Notes: generated from the sequence alone by a model not told the origin. 51,378 nt of DNA from an uncultured Alphaproteobacteria bacterium (GCA_938023835.1 CALJDF010000021.1:1-51378), one strand, 5' to 3'. Shown: positions 1 through 9,078, numbered from the stretch's first letter. Translations and numbers: made by a program.

Positions 1-99
1 GAGGCCGGCGGCGCCATCGCCCGGGGGTAACCGCCCGCCCCGCGCCCTTGACGCACGGCGATTAGGGCTCATGCTGCGCCTCCAAAACAGGGAGGACGC

Positions 100-1068
100 A
101 TGACCAAAGCCGTCGTATTGCACGCCACCGGGGGTCCGGAGAACTTTTCCTGGGAAGACTGGGATCCGGGCGCGCCCGGCCCCGGCGAGGCGCGGGTGCG
201 GCAGACCTTTGCCGGGCTGAATTACGTCGATACCTATTTGCGTTCGGGGCTCTACCCGCTGGCGAAAATGCCGGCCGTGCTGGGCCGCGAAGGCGCGGGC
301 GTGGTTGAGGCCGTGGGCGACGGGGTGACCGGGCTCAATGTCGGCGACCGGGTCGCCTATTCCAGCCATCTCGGTAGTTATGCCGAGGTCAACTTGGTGC
401 CGGCCGACCGCCTGGTGCCGCTGCCCGACGATGTCTCCGACGAACAAGCGGCTGCGATGATGCTCAAGGGCATGACCGCGCAGTACCTGGTGCGCCAAAC
501 CAAGGCGCTCGGCCCCGGCGATACGCTGCTCTATCACGCGGCCGTGGGCGGGGTCGGGCTGATCGCCTGCCAGTGGGCCAAGCACCTCGGCGCCACGGTG
601 ATCGGCACGGTGGGCTCGGCAGCGAAAGCCGAGCGCGCCAAGGCGCATGGCTGCGACCACGTCATTCGCTATGACGAGGTGGATTTTCTCGACCAAGTGA
701 TGGCGCTGACCGACGGGCGCGGCGTGGATTACGTGTGCGACGCGGTGGGCGTGACCACGATCGAAAAGTCGATGAAGGCGATGGCGCATCACGGCGTGTT
801 GGTGTCGTTCGGCGCGGCCGCCGGCCCGGTGCCGCCCGAGACCTGGGCCAAGTTGCCGCCCGAGCGCTATCTCATCAAAGGCACGCTGCCGGGCTATACC
901 AAGACGCGCGAGCAGCTATTGGCGAGCGCCGAGGATTTGTTTGCGGTGGTGCGCTCGGGCGCGGTACGGATCGAGATCAACCAACGCTACGCACTCAAAG
1001 ATGCCGCCCAAGCCCATACCGACCTCGAAGCCCGCAAGACGACGGGCTCGACCATCTTCGTGATTTAG
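100..1068 (+). CDS. NADPH:quinone oxidoreductase (Qor/zeta-crystallin, MDR superfamily), paralogue 1 of 4
   Basis: 322-aa ORF. N-terminus MTKAVVLHATGGPE, nucleotide-binding AAVGGVGLIACQWAKHLGATVIGTVG, C-terminus ALKDAAQAHTDLEARKTTGSTIF. GGAGG RBS at 91-95. Confidence 0.9.
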   Translation: MTKAVVLHATGGPENFSWEDWDPGAPGPGEARVRQTFAGLNYVDTYLRSGLYPLAKMPAVLGREGAGVVEAVGDGVTGLNVGDRVAYSSHLGSYAEVNLVPADRLVPLPDDVSDEQAAAMMLKGMTAQYLVRQTKALGPGDTLLYHAAVGGVGLIACQWAKHLGATVIGTVGSAAKAERAKAHGCDHVIRYDEVDFLDQVMALTDGRGVDYVCDAVGVTTIEKSMKAMAHHGVLVSFGAAAGPVPPETWAKLPPERYLIKGTLPGYTKTREQLLASAEDLFAVVRSGAVRIEINQRYALKDAAQAHTDLEARKTTGSTIFVI

Positions 1069-1079
1069 GGAGAAGACCA

Positions 1080-2051
1080 ATGACCAAAGCCGTTCGCATT
1101 CACGCCTATGGCGGGCCCGAGGCGCTCGTTTATGAAGATGTCGATGTGCCGGCGCCGGGGCCGGGCGAGGTGCGCCTCAACCAGACGGTGGCGGGGGTCA
1201 ACTTTCTCGACATCTATCACCGCGCGGGCACGCATTTCGCCAACCTGACGCCGCCCGCGGTGCCGGGGGTCGAAGCGGTCGGCATCGTCGAGTCGGTCGG
1301 CGACGGGGTCACGCATGTGAAGGTGGGCGACAAGGCGGCCTATCCGCTGACCGCCGGGGGCTATGCCGAAACCCGGCTCATCCCGGGCAGCGATGTGGTG
1401 AAGGTGCCCGACGGGATCGACGACAAGGTGCTGGCCGCGACCTTCATGAAGGGGCTCACGGTCGGGCACATGCTCAACGATCTGACCACCTTCAAGAAGG
1501 GCGATTTCATCTTGTGGCATGCCGCGGCGGGCGGCGTCGGGATGATCGGCTGCGAATGGGCCAAGCATTTGGGGCTCAACGTGATCGGTACCGTGAGCAC
1601 CGAAGAAAAGGCCGAACGGGCCAAGGCGGCGGGCTGCGATCATCCGATCATCTACACCAAAGAGAACTTTGCCGAACGCGTGCACGAGATCACCGACGGT
1701 ACGCTGTGCCAGGCGGTGTTCGACGGCGTGGGCGCGGACACGTGGCTTGATTCGCTGAAGTGCGTAAAGCCCTATGGGGTGTGCGCGTCGTTCGGGTTGG
1801 CGTCGGGGCCGTTACCGCCGATGGGCTTTGCCGAAATTCCGAGCGAAGCGTTCGTCACGCGCGCCAGCGTCGCGGCGGTCTCCAAGACACGCGATGCCTA
1901 CGAAAAAAGTTCGGCGTCCTTCTTCGAGATTCTCAAGCAAGGCGTGCTGACGCCGCGCATCGAACACGAACTACCGCTCAAGGATGCCGCCGAAGCGCAC
2001 CGGCGCTTGGAGTCGCGGCAAACGACGGGGTCGTTAATCCTGATCCCCTAG
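1080..2051 (+). CDS. Quinone oxidoreductase family protein (MDR), paralogue 2 of 4, the most divergent
   Basis: ATG at 1080 gives MTKAVRIHAYGGPEAL, with AAAGGVGMIGCEWAKHLG and a C-terminal SRQTTGSLIL. The 735-1079 part of the supplied ORF overlaps paralogue 1 out of frame and is not coding. Confidence 0.88.
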   Translation: MTKAVRIHAYGGPEALVYEDVDVPAPGPGEVRLNQTVAGVNFLDIYHRAGTHFANLTPPAVPGVEAVGIVESVGDGVTHVKVGDKAAYPLTAGGYAETRLIPGSDVVKVPDGIDDKVLAATFMKGLTVGHMLNDLTTFKKGDFILWHAAAGGVGMIGCEWAKHLGLNVIGTVSTEEKAERAKAAGCDHPIIYTKENFAERVHEITDGTLCQAVFDGVGADTWLDSLKCVKPYGVCASFGLASGPLPPMGFAEIPSEAFVTRASVAAVSKTRDAYEKSSASFFEILKQGVLTPRIEHELPLKDAAEAHRRLESRQTTGSLILIP

Positions 2052-2052
2052 G

Positions 2053-2589
2053 TCACAACGCCAGGCGCATCGCGATGCGGTGATCGGGCATCGGCAGGTA
2101 ACGCCGCTGTTTGTCGAGATCGCCCTGCACGGTCGGGCCGACTTGATCGGCGGGGATCGTCACGAAGCCGAGCCGCTCGTAGTAGCGCTTGTTCCACGGC
2201 ACGTGATCGTAGGTGGTGAGCACGAGGTCTTCGTGTCCGCGACGACGCGCCATGGCGATGACCTCGGTCATGAGCTGGCCGCCGATGCCTTGGCGTATGT
2301 GGCTCGGCAAAACCGCGATTTGTTCGAGATAGCCGGCGCCCTCGGCCGCGCTCAGCGCGAAGAACCCGACCCGTGCGCCCTTGGCTTTTGTGTCGGCAAA
2401 GACCAAGCCGCCTTGTGCGGCGCATCCCCGCCAGGCGTTTTCTTCGGCCATGAGGAGGGGGTGGTCGTCGCCGAAATCGACGGTGATGCCGACCTCGCCA
2501 TAATGCGCAAAGGCGGCATCGTCGATCTCGAAGGCGGTGGCGACGTCGGCAGGCGTACCGGGTACCAGGATGCAGGGCGTTTTCGTCAT
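2053..2589 (-). CDS. GNAT family N-acetyltransferase
   Basis: Acetyl-CoA motif LEQIAVLPSHIRQGIGGQLM and YYERLGF. Start taken at the ATG giving MTKTPCILV (2589); the ORF extends to 2631. Confidence 0.8.
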   Translation of the reverse strand: MTKTPCILVPGTPADVATAFEIDDAAFAHYGEVGITVDFGDDHPLLMAEENAWRGCAAQGGLVFADTKAKGARVGFFALSAAEGAGYLEQIAVLPSHIRQGIGGQLMTEVIAMARRRGHEDLVLTTYDHVPWNKRYYERLGFVTIPADQVGPTVQGDLDKQRRYLPMPDHRIAMRLAL

Positions 2590-2648
2590 CCCCGGCATTT
2601 CATGGTACGACCGCAGGCGTTGGCAAACCAAATAAGCGAGAGGGCGAA

Positions 2649-3614
2649 ATGGTCAAAGCCGTCGTGATGCATAAACCGGGTGGGCCTGAAGTGCTGCAGT
2701 GGGAAGAGGTCGCGGTCGGCGACCCCGGCACCGGCGAAGCCCGCGTGCGCAACACCGCTGTCGGGCTCAACTTTCTCGATACGCTGTTTCGGTCCGGCGC
2801 CATCCCGATGGACCTGCCGGCCATTCTCGGTTGGGAAGCCGCCGGGGTGGTCGAGGCGATCGGCGGCGGCGTGACCGCCATCGGCCCCGGGATGCGCGTG
2901 GCCTACCACACCCCCAACGGCTGCTATGCCGAGGAACGTCTGATCAAGGCCGACGAATTGGTGCCGTTACCCGAGGCGATCAGCGACGACCAAGGGGCTG
3001 CCGGCATTCTCAAGGGTATGACCGCGCAATACCTGTTGCGCCTTACCACCCGGATCAAAGCGGGCGACACGGTGCTGGTGCATGCCGCGGCCGGCGGGGT
3101 CGGGTTGTTCATGTGTCAGTGGGCCAAGCATCTCGGCGCCACCGTGATCGGCACCGTCGGCACCGACGAGAAAGCCGCGCTGGCCAAGGCGCATGGCTGC
3201 GATCATCCAGTGGTCTATACGCGCGACGACTTTCTGCCCGTGGTTCAAGAGGTGACCGGCGGGGTGGGCTGCGATGCGGTCTATGACAGCGTCGGCGCGG
3301 ACACCATCGAGCGGTCGTGGCAATCGGTGCGGCCGCACGGCACGGTCGCGTCGTTCGGCATGGCCTCGGGGCCGATTACGCCTGAACAACTCGCCAAACA
3401 ACCGACCGACCGCTATTTCATCCGCACCACGTTGCAAAGCTATAACGCGACCCGCGAAGATTTTCTGGCCAACGCCAAGGATTTCTTCGACGTGGTCGAA
3501 AGCGGTGCGGTCAAGGTGACGGTCGGCCAGACGTTTGCGCTGAAGGACGCGGCCAAGGCCCATGCCGCGTTGATCGGGCGCGCGACCACCGGCTCGACGG
3601 TGCTGAGGCCCTAG
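2649..3614 (+). CDS. NADPH:quinone oxidoreductase (MDR), paralogue 3 of 4
   Basis: 321-aa ORF with MVKAVVMHKPGGPEVL, AAAGGVGLFMCQWAKHLGATVIGTVG and GRATTGSTVL. Confidence 0.9.
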   Translation: MVKAVVMHKPGGPEVLQWEEVAVGDPGTGEARVRNTAVGLNFLDTLFRSGAIPMDLPAILGWEAAGVVEAIGGGVTAIGPGMRVAYHTPNGCYAEERLIKADELVPLPEAISDDQGAAGILKGMTAQYLLRLTTRIKAGDTVLVHAAAGGVGLFMCQWAKHLGATVIGTVGTDEKAALAKAHGCDHPVVYTRDDFLPVVQEVTGGVGCDAVYDSVGADTIERSWQSVRPHGTVASFGMASGPITPEQLAKQPTDRYFIRTTLQSYNATREDFLANAKDFFDVVESGAVKVTVGQTFALKDAAKAHAALIGRATTGSTVLRP

Positions 3615-3632
3615 AGCGAACATCGCGCAACG

Positions 3633-4901
3633 ATGAACCTTTCGTCCTTCGGCGGCATCGGGCGGGCGCTCGCGAACCGCAATTACCGCGTTTACAGCTA
3701 TGGCTCGGCGGCGTCGTTGATCGGGACGTGGATGCAACGCGCGGCGGTGGGCTGGCTCGCGTGGGAGCTGACACACGATCCCAAATGGGTCGGCATCGCG
3801 GTGTCGGCCGACTTGTTGCCGACGATTGTCTCGAGCCCGATCGCCGGGGTGTTGGCCGACCGCTTTCATCCCATGCGCATGCTGAAGGTGCTGCAGCTGC
3901 TGGCGGGCCTGCAAGCGGCCGCGCTGGCGGTGCTGACCTTCAGCGGGTTGATCACGATCGAATGGCTGGTCGCGCTGACGGCGGTGCTGGGCGTGGTCAT
4001 GGGGTTCAACCACCCGGTCCGACAAACCACGATCTATTTGCTGGTGCGGCGCGAGGACCTCTCGGCCGCAGTGGCGATGACGTCGGTGATCTTCAACACC
4101 TCGCGCGTCATCGGGCCGGCGATTGCCGGCTTCGTGATTCATTTCGGCGGCGCGGAGTTTGCCTTCGGGCTGAACACGATCTCCTTCATGATCATGCTGG
4201 CGGCGCTGGCGGCGGTGCGCTTGCCGCCGCTGCCGCCACGCACGCGCCCGACGATGAGCGTGTTGGGCGACATCATGGCGGGCTATCGCTACGCGTTCGT
4301 TCATGCCGGGATCGGGCCGACGCTGTTGATCAGTTTGTCGGCGGCATTGTTGGTGCGCCCGGCGGTGGAAATGCTGCCGGCCTTTGTCGGGCAGATCTTC
4401 GAAGGCGGGGCGGATTCGCTGGGGCTGATCTTGGCCGCCAACGGGGTCGGCGCGATGTTGGCGGGGATTTGGCTGGCTTGGCGGGGCAGCGCCGAAGGGC
4501 TTGTGCCGGTCGCGATCTGGAGCGCGGTGCTGGCCGCCGTCGCGCTCGTCGGCTTGGCGGCGAGCGACACCTTCTGGCTCGGCACCGCGTTCGTCTTCGT
4601 GCTCGGGATCGCGATGTCGTTACGCGGCACCGCGACCCAAACGCTGATCCAAAACGCGGTCGATCCCGAGATGCGCGGCCGGGTGCTGAGCCTCAATTCG
4701 TTGATCTTCAACGCCGGCCCCGCAGTGGGTGCGTTCACGCTGGGGCTGATCGCCTCGTGGGCCGGGCTGCAGCCGCCGCTTTATGTCGCGGCCGTGCTCT
4801 CGCTCGGGGTGTGGCTGTGGGCTTGGCTGCGGCGCGACCGGTTGGCCGCGGCCCTGGAAGGGCCCGACACCCGCGAACGGCGCGCCGACGCGGGTGCATG
4901 A
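3633..4901 (+). CDS. MFS transporter (12-TM, EntS/MFS_3-like)
   Basis: 422-aa hydrophobic ORF. Has an N-terminal NRNYRVYSYGSAASLIGTWMQ and multiple predicted TM helices. The antisense 445-aa ORF is Arg-rich junk. Confidence 0.85.
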   Translation: MNLSSFGGIGRALANRNYRVYSYGSAASLIGTWMQRAAVGWLAWELTHDPKWVGIAVSADLLPTIVSSPIAGVLADRFHPMRMLKVLQLLAGLQAAALAVLTFSGLITIEWLVALTAVLGVVMGFNHPVRQTTIYLLVRREDLSAAVAMTSVIFNTSRVIGPAIAGFVIHFGGAEFAFGLNTISFMIMLAALAAVRLPPLPPRTRPTMSVLGDIMAGYRYAFVHAGIGPTLLISLSAALLVRPAVEMLPAFVGQIFEGGADSLGLILAANGVGAMLAGIWLAWRGSAEGLVPVAIWSAVLAAVALVGLAASDTFWLGTAFVFVLGIAMSLRGTATQTLIQNAVDPEMRGRVLSLNSLIFNAGPAVGAFTLGLIASWAGLQPPLYVAAVLSLGVWLWAWLRRDRLAAALEGPDTRERRADAGA

Positions 4902-4972
4902 CAGGTGCCCTTGCGGCTCGGATTTGCTACCAACGGCGCTAAGCAACGCGCAACACAATCGGGAGAGACGGC

Positions 4973-5944
4973 ATGACCAAGGCAATCCGCGTCTACGAGG
5001 CCGGCGGGCCCGAGGTGCTCACGTGGGAAGACGTCGATGTGCCCGCCCCCGGCGCGGGCGAGGCGCTGGTGCGCCAGACCGCGGCGGGGTTGAACTTCAT
5101 CGATACCTACCAGCGCTCGGGGCTCTATCCGATGACGCTGCCGGCGATCATGGGCAACGAGGGTGCCGGCGTGGTCGAGGCCGTCGGCGAGGGCGTGACC
5201 GAGGTGCAGCCGGGCGACCGCGTCGCCTATCACAGCGCGCCGGGCGCCTATGCCGAACAACGCATCGTGCCGGCCTGGCTGCTGGCCAAATTGCCCGACG
5301 GCATTTCCGATCAACAAGGCGCGTCGATGATGCTCAAGGGCGGCACCGCGCAATACCTGCTGCGCCAGATCTACGAGGTGAAGGCCGGCGACACGATCGT
5401 CATCCATGCCGCTGCGGGCGGCGTCGGGTTGATTGCCTGCCAATGGGCCAAGCATTTGGGGGCGACGGTGATCGGCACGGTGGGCTCGGACGAGAAAGCC
5501 GCGCTGGCCAAGGCGCATGGCTGCGATCATCCGATCGTCTATACCCGCGAGGACTTTACCGCGCGGGTGCGCGAGCTGACCGACGGCAAGGGCGTACCGG
5601 TGGTGTACGATTCGGTGGGCAAAGACACCTTCATGGGCTCGCTCGATTGCCTGCAGCCGCGCGGGTTGATGGTGACCTTCGGCAATGCGTCAGGCCCGCC
5701 CGATCCGCTCAACGTGCTGGCGCTATCGCAAAAGGGCTCGTTGTTCCTGACCCGCCCGACCCTGGGACACTACACGCCCGACCATGCAGCGGTGGTGAAA
5801 GTCGCAAACGATTTGTTCGACGTGGTGTCGTCAGGGGCAGTCAAGATCGAGATCAACCAAACCTACGCCCTCAAAGATGCGGCCCAAGCGCATCGCGATC
5901 TCGAATCGCGCAAGACCACAGGCTCGACCGTCTTTACGATTTAG
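4973..5944 (+). CDS. NADPH:quinone oxidoreductase (MDR), paralogue 4 of 4
   Basis: 323-aa ORF with MTKAIRVYEAGGPEVL, AAAGGVGLIACQWAKHLGATVIGTVG and ALKDAAQAHRDLESRKTTGSTVF. The 3' end overlaps the convergent channel gene by 11 nt. Confidence 0.9.
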   Translation: MTKAIRVYEAGGPEVLTWEDVDVPAPGAGEALVRQTAAGLNFIDTYQRSGLYPMTLPAIMGNEGAGVVEAVGEGVTEVQPGDRVAYHSAPGAYAEQRIVPAWLLAKLPDGISDQQGASMMLKGGTAQYLLRQIYEVKAGDTIVIHAAAGGVGLIACQWAKHLGATVIGTVGSDEKAALAKAHGCDHPIVYTREDFTARVRELTDGKGVPVVYDSVGKDTFMGSLDCLQPRGLMVTFGNASGPPDPLNVLALSQKGSLFLTRPTLGHYTPDHAAVVKVANDLFDVVSSGAVKIEINQTYALKDAAQAHRDLESRKTTGSTVFTI

Positions 5945-6782
5945 CGGGCCCGTTCAAGCCGGCGAGATCTTGCCGCAAGGCCGCGATCTCGTCGCGCAGC
6001 GCCGTGACCTCGTGGCGCATGGCTTCGCGTTCGGTATGGGCGACCTCTTCGGCGGCGCGCATCGCGGCGCGGGTTTCGTCTTGGTCGGCCTTGATCTCGG
6101 CGTCGTGCTCGGCCTGCATGGCCCCGACCACCACGGCGATGAACAGGTTCAGGATGGTGAAGGTCGCGACCAAAATGAACGGCACGAAGAACAGCCAAGC
6201 CAACGGGAATTGTTCCATCACCGGGCGCACGATGCCCATCGACCAGCTTTCCAGCGTCATGATCTGGAACAGAGAGAACATGCTGGCGCCGATATGCCCG
6301 AACCATTCCGGGAAGGCGGCCGCGAACAGCTTGGTCGCAATGACCGCACAGACGTAAAAGACCAACACCAAGAGCGCCATGATGGCGGCGATGCCGGGAA
6401 TCGCGCCGAGCAACCCCTGTACCACCTGGCGCATCCGCGGCACGGCCGAGATCAGGCGCAAGACCCGCAAGATGCGCAGCGCGCGCAAGACGCTGAAGGC
6501 TTCGCTCGCGGGCACCAAGGCGATGCCGACAATCACGAAGTCGAACAAACTCCAAGGGTCGCGGAAGAAGCGCCAACCGCGCGCGCCCAGGCGCAACACG
6601 ATCTCGATCACGAAGATCGCCAAAATGGTGCGGTCCAGCGCGATCAGAAATGGCCCCGCAGCCTTCATCACCCAGGGCGAGGTCTCCAGGCCCAGGGTGA
6701 CGGCATTCACCAAGATCAGCCCGATCACCGCGCGTTGAAAAAGCGGATGATCGACCAGCCAAACCAGCTTAGCGCGCATCAC
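5934..6782 (-). CDS. Bacterial voltage-gated sodium channel (BacNav/NaChBac family, single 6-TM domain)
   Basis: S4 helix with Arg at every third position (RALRILRVLRLISAVPRMR, nt 6429-6488). Pore filter FQIMTLESWSMG (TLESWSMG at nt 6234-6257). C-terminal coiled coil EVTALRDEIAALRQDL. The ORF begins with GTG at 6782; the first ATG is at 6779. Confidence 0.88.
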   Translation of the reverse strand: MMRAKLVWLVDHPLFQRAVIGLILVNAVTLGLETSPWVMKAAGPFLIALDRTILAIFVIEIVLRLGARGWRFFRDPWSLFDFVIVGIALVPASEAFSVLRALRILRVLRLISAVPRMRQVVQGLLGAIPGIAAIMALLVLVFYVCAVIATKLFAAAFPEWFGHIGASMFSLFQIMTLESWSMGIVRPVMEQFPLAWLFFVPFILVATFTILNLFIAVVVGAMQAEHDAEIKADQDETRAAMRAAEEVAHTEREAMRHEVTALRDEIAALRQDLAGLNGPAKS

Positions 6783-6799
6783 ATCTCGACCTTTGCGGG

Positions 6800-7996
6800 T
6801 TAGTACGGCTGCGGGGCGGGCGCGGGCATCGCCTGGGGGCGCGTCGTGGCGCGCAGGACCGCCAGGCCATAGACCGCGGCCAACGCCGAAGCGGCCAACA
6901 CGCCAACGCGCACGGCGCGCGCGGCCTCGGGTCCGTCAAAGGCGAGCCCGCCGATGAACAGACTCATTGTGAAGCCGATGCCGCACAGGATCGAGACGCC
7001 GTAGATCATGCCCCACGTCACCCCTTCGGGTTTGCGCGCGAGGCCCAGCTTGACCGCCAACCACACCGCGCCGAACACGCCGATCTGTTTGCCGACGAAA
7101 AGCCCCAGCATGATCCCGAGCGTCACCGGGGCGAGCAAGCTGCCGAAGGTCAAGCCTTCGAGACTGACACCCGCATTGGCGAAGGCGAAGACCGGCAAGA
7201 CGACGAAGGCCACCCAGGGATGGAGGCCATGCTCGAGGCGCTGGAGGGGTGGTTCGTCGTAGAAGGACGGGTCCTTCGAGCTCATCGGCACGAACAGCGC
7301 GACCGCAAAACCGGCCAGCGTGGCATGTACACCCGACTTCAACACGCTGGCCCAGACCACGAGACCGATCAGGATGTAGATCGCCGGGCGCATGATGCCG
7401 AGACGGTTGGCGATGAACAGCGCGCCCAGGCCACCGGTCGCGGTGCCGAGCGAGACCAACGAAAGATCGGCGGTAAAGAAGATCGCGATGATGGCGATGG
7501 CGGCGAGATCGTCGAAGATGGCGACCGCCGTCAAGAACAGCCGCGCCGCGACGGGAACGCGGTCGCGCAACAGCATTAGGATGCCCAGGGCGAACGCGAT
7601 GTCGGTGGCGGCCGGAATGGCCCAGCCGTCGATCGCGATGGGATCGTTCCAGTTGATGGCGGCATAGATCATCGCTGGGATGATCACGCCACCCATCGCG
7701 GCGAAACCGGGCAGGGCGATTTGGTCGGCGCTGGACAAATGCCCGGCGACCATTTCGCGTTTGATCTCAAGCCCGATGAGGAAGAAGAAAATCGCCATCA
7801 AGCCGTCGTTGATCCACAACAGCAGCGGCTTATCGATGACGAAGGTGGCGACCTGAACCGACACCGGCGTGGTCAACAACCGGTCGTAGAGCCATGCGAG
7901 GCTGGAGTTATCGAGGATCAGCGCAAGGGCTGCCATTGCCATCAACATGGCGCCCGCCACCAACGGCGATTTGATTAGTCGTTGTAGATTTTCCAC
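6800..7996 (-). CDS. nhaA: Na+/H+ antiporter NhaA
   Basis: NhaA hallmarks LWINDGLMAIFFFLIGLEIKRE and AIFDDLAAIAIIAIFF (DD pair). Start is uncertain: GTG at 7996 gives a typical N-terminus, while the ORF extends to a TTG at 8080. Confidence 0.88.
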   Translation of the reverse strand: MENLQRLIKSPLVAGAMLMAMAALALILDNSSLAWLYDRLLTTPVSVQVATFVIDKPLLLWINDGLMAIFFFLIGLEIKREMVAGHLSSADQIALPGFAAMGGVIIPAMIYAAINWNDPIAIDGWAIPAATDIAFALGILMLLRDRVPVAARLFLTAVAIFDDLAAIAIIAIFFTADLSLVSLGTATGGLGALFIANRLGIMRPAIYILIGLVVWASVLKSGVHATLAGFAVALFVPMSSKDPSFYDEPPLQRLEHGLHPWVAFVVLPVFAFANAGVSLEGLTFGSLLAPVTLGIMLGLFVGKQIGVFGAVWLAVKLGLARKPEGVTWGMIYGVSILCGIGFTMSLFIGGLAFDGPEAARAVRVGVLAASALAAVYGLAVLRATTRPQAMPAPAPQPY

Positions 7997-8093
7997 CCTG
8001 AGAACCCCGGCCCATCTAAAAAAACGCGTCCGGTCGGAAACCGGGCGCGTCCGGCCCCAGAGATAGGGTGGGACCGACAAAGTTCAAGCCGTG

Positions 8094-9032
8094 CTAGACC
8101 ACGATTTCGATGACATCGTCGATGACAAAGGGGGCGAGCGGATCGACCGCCGCCTCTTCGCCCTCGAGAGTCGGCCGGACCCGTTCGATGGTCTGGGCCA
8201 TGAAATCGAGGAAGGCGCGCACCCGCGCGGTATGGCGCAGCTCCTCATGGGTCAGCACCCAGAGCCCGATGTCGAGGTCGCGGTTGGGCGGCGCAACGCG
8301 GACGAGGTCGGGATCGCCGTCGGCCAAGAAGCACGGCAGCAAAGCCAAGCCCATACCGGCGCGGCAGGCATCGAGGACGCCCATATAGGTGTTGACCCGA
8401 AACACGGTGCGCGCCGGATCAAGGTTGGTCGTTATCCACTCGTAGGGCGGGGTCAACACCAAGGCCCCCGAGGGCTCGATCCAGTCGTGGGTGGTGAGAT
8501 CGTCGAGCTCGGCGTTGAGCGCAAGATAGTTGTGTGCGCCGTAAACCGCGAAGGCGATCGAGGCCGCACGCCGGCCGACCAGTTGTTCGTCCGGCGTGTT
8601 GGTTGGGCTGACCGCGACATGGGCCTCGCGGTTCAAGCTGGGCGGCTGGTTGGAGATGATCAGTTCGAGCTCGACCAAGGGGTAGGATTCGCGAAACGTG
8701 GCGAGCTGCGGTGTGAGCAGGCGCTGCAGCAGGGTATCGCGGGTGACCACGCGGAGCGGACCGCGTAGGCGTACATCGCGGCCCTGGATGCGGCGCGAGA
8801 CCGCATCGATCCGACCCGCGACGTCAGAGGCGGTTTCGGCCAGCTCCTCGCCCGAGGCAGTGAGCAGATAGCCGCTGCGATGACGGTCGAACAGCCGCAC
8901 CCCGAGGCTTTTCTCGAGCGCGTTCAAACGCCGAAATACGGTGGTGTGGCTGACGTCCAAGGTGGTGGCGGCGGCCGATAAGGAGCCGCCTTCGGCCACC
9001 GCCCTGAACAAACGCAGGTCGTCCCAGTCCAT
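8094..9032 (-). CDS. LysR family transcriptional regulator (possible NhaR-like, upstream of nhaA)
   Basis: The ATG at 9032 gives MDWDDLRLFRAVAEGGSLSAAATTLDVSHTTVFRRLNALE (winged HTH), followed by a C-terminal LysR substrate domain. Confidence 0.88.
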   Translation of the reverse strand: MDWDDLRLFRAVAEGGSLSAAATTLDVSHTTVFRRLNALEKSLGVRLFDRHRSGYLLTASGEELAETASDVAGRIDAVSRRIQGRDVRLRGPLRVVTRDTLLQRLLTPQLATFRESYPLVELELIISNQPPSLNREAHVAVSPTNTPDEQLVGRRAASIAFAVYGAHNYLALNAELDDLTTHDWIEPSGALVLTPPYEWITTNLDPARTVFRVNTYMGVLDACRAGMGLALLPCFLADGDPDLVRVAPPNRDLDIGLWVLTHEELRHTARVRAFLDFMAQTIERVRPTLEGEEAAVDPLAPFVIDDVIEIVV

Positions 9033-9052
9033 CCGCGCGCCATCGCCCTTCT

Positions 9053-9078
9053 TTGCAGAAATGCAAGGATAGTTTGCA
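9053..9078. promoter_or_regulatory. Candidate LysR operator: TTGCA-N4-TGCAA-N7-TTGCA half-sites in the divergent promoter
   Basis: Read directly: TTGCA 9053-9057, TGCAA 9062-9066, TTGCA 9074-9078. They lie 20-45 nt upstream of the LysR ATG in a locally AT-richer stretch. Confidence 0.35.

Noticed and set aside
1-30. Possible 3' end of an upstream plus-strand gene (…EAGGAIARG, stop TAA at 28-30)
   Set aside because: Only nine codons are visible, so there is no way to support a call.
735-1079. N-terminal 115-aa extension of the second qor ORF
   Set aside because: It overlaps qor paralogue 1 out of frame and is Arg/Gly-rich. The internal ATG at 1080 gives the canonical MTKAV... Qor N-terminus only 11 nt after the upstream stop.
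2967-4304. 445-aa ORF on the minus strand, antisense to qor paralogue 3 and the MFS transporter
   Set aside because: Its composition is extremely Arg/His/Gln/Pro-rich with no motifs, and it lies fully opposite two recognisable genes. This is a typical high-GC shadow ORF.
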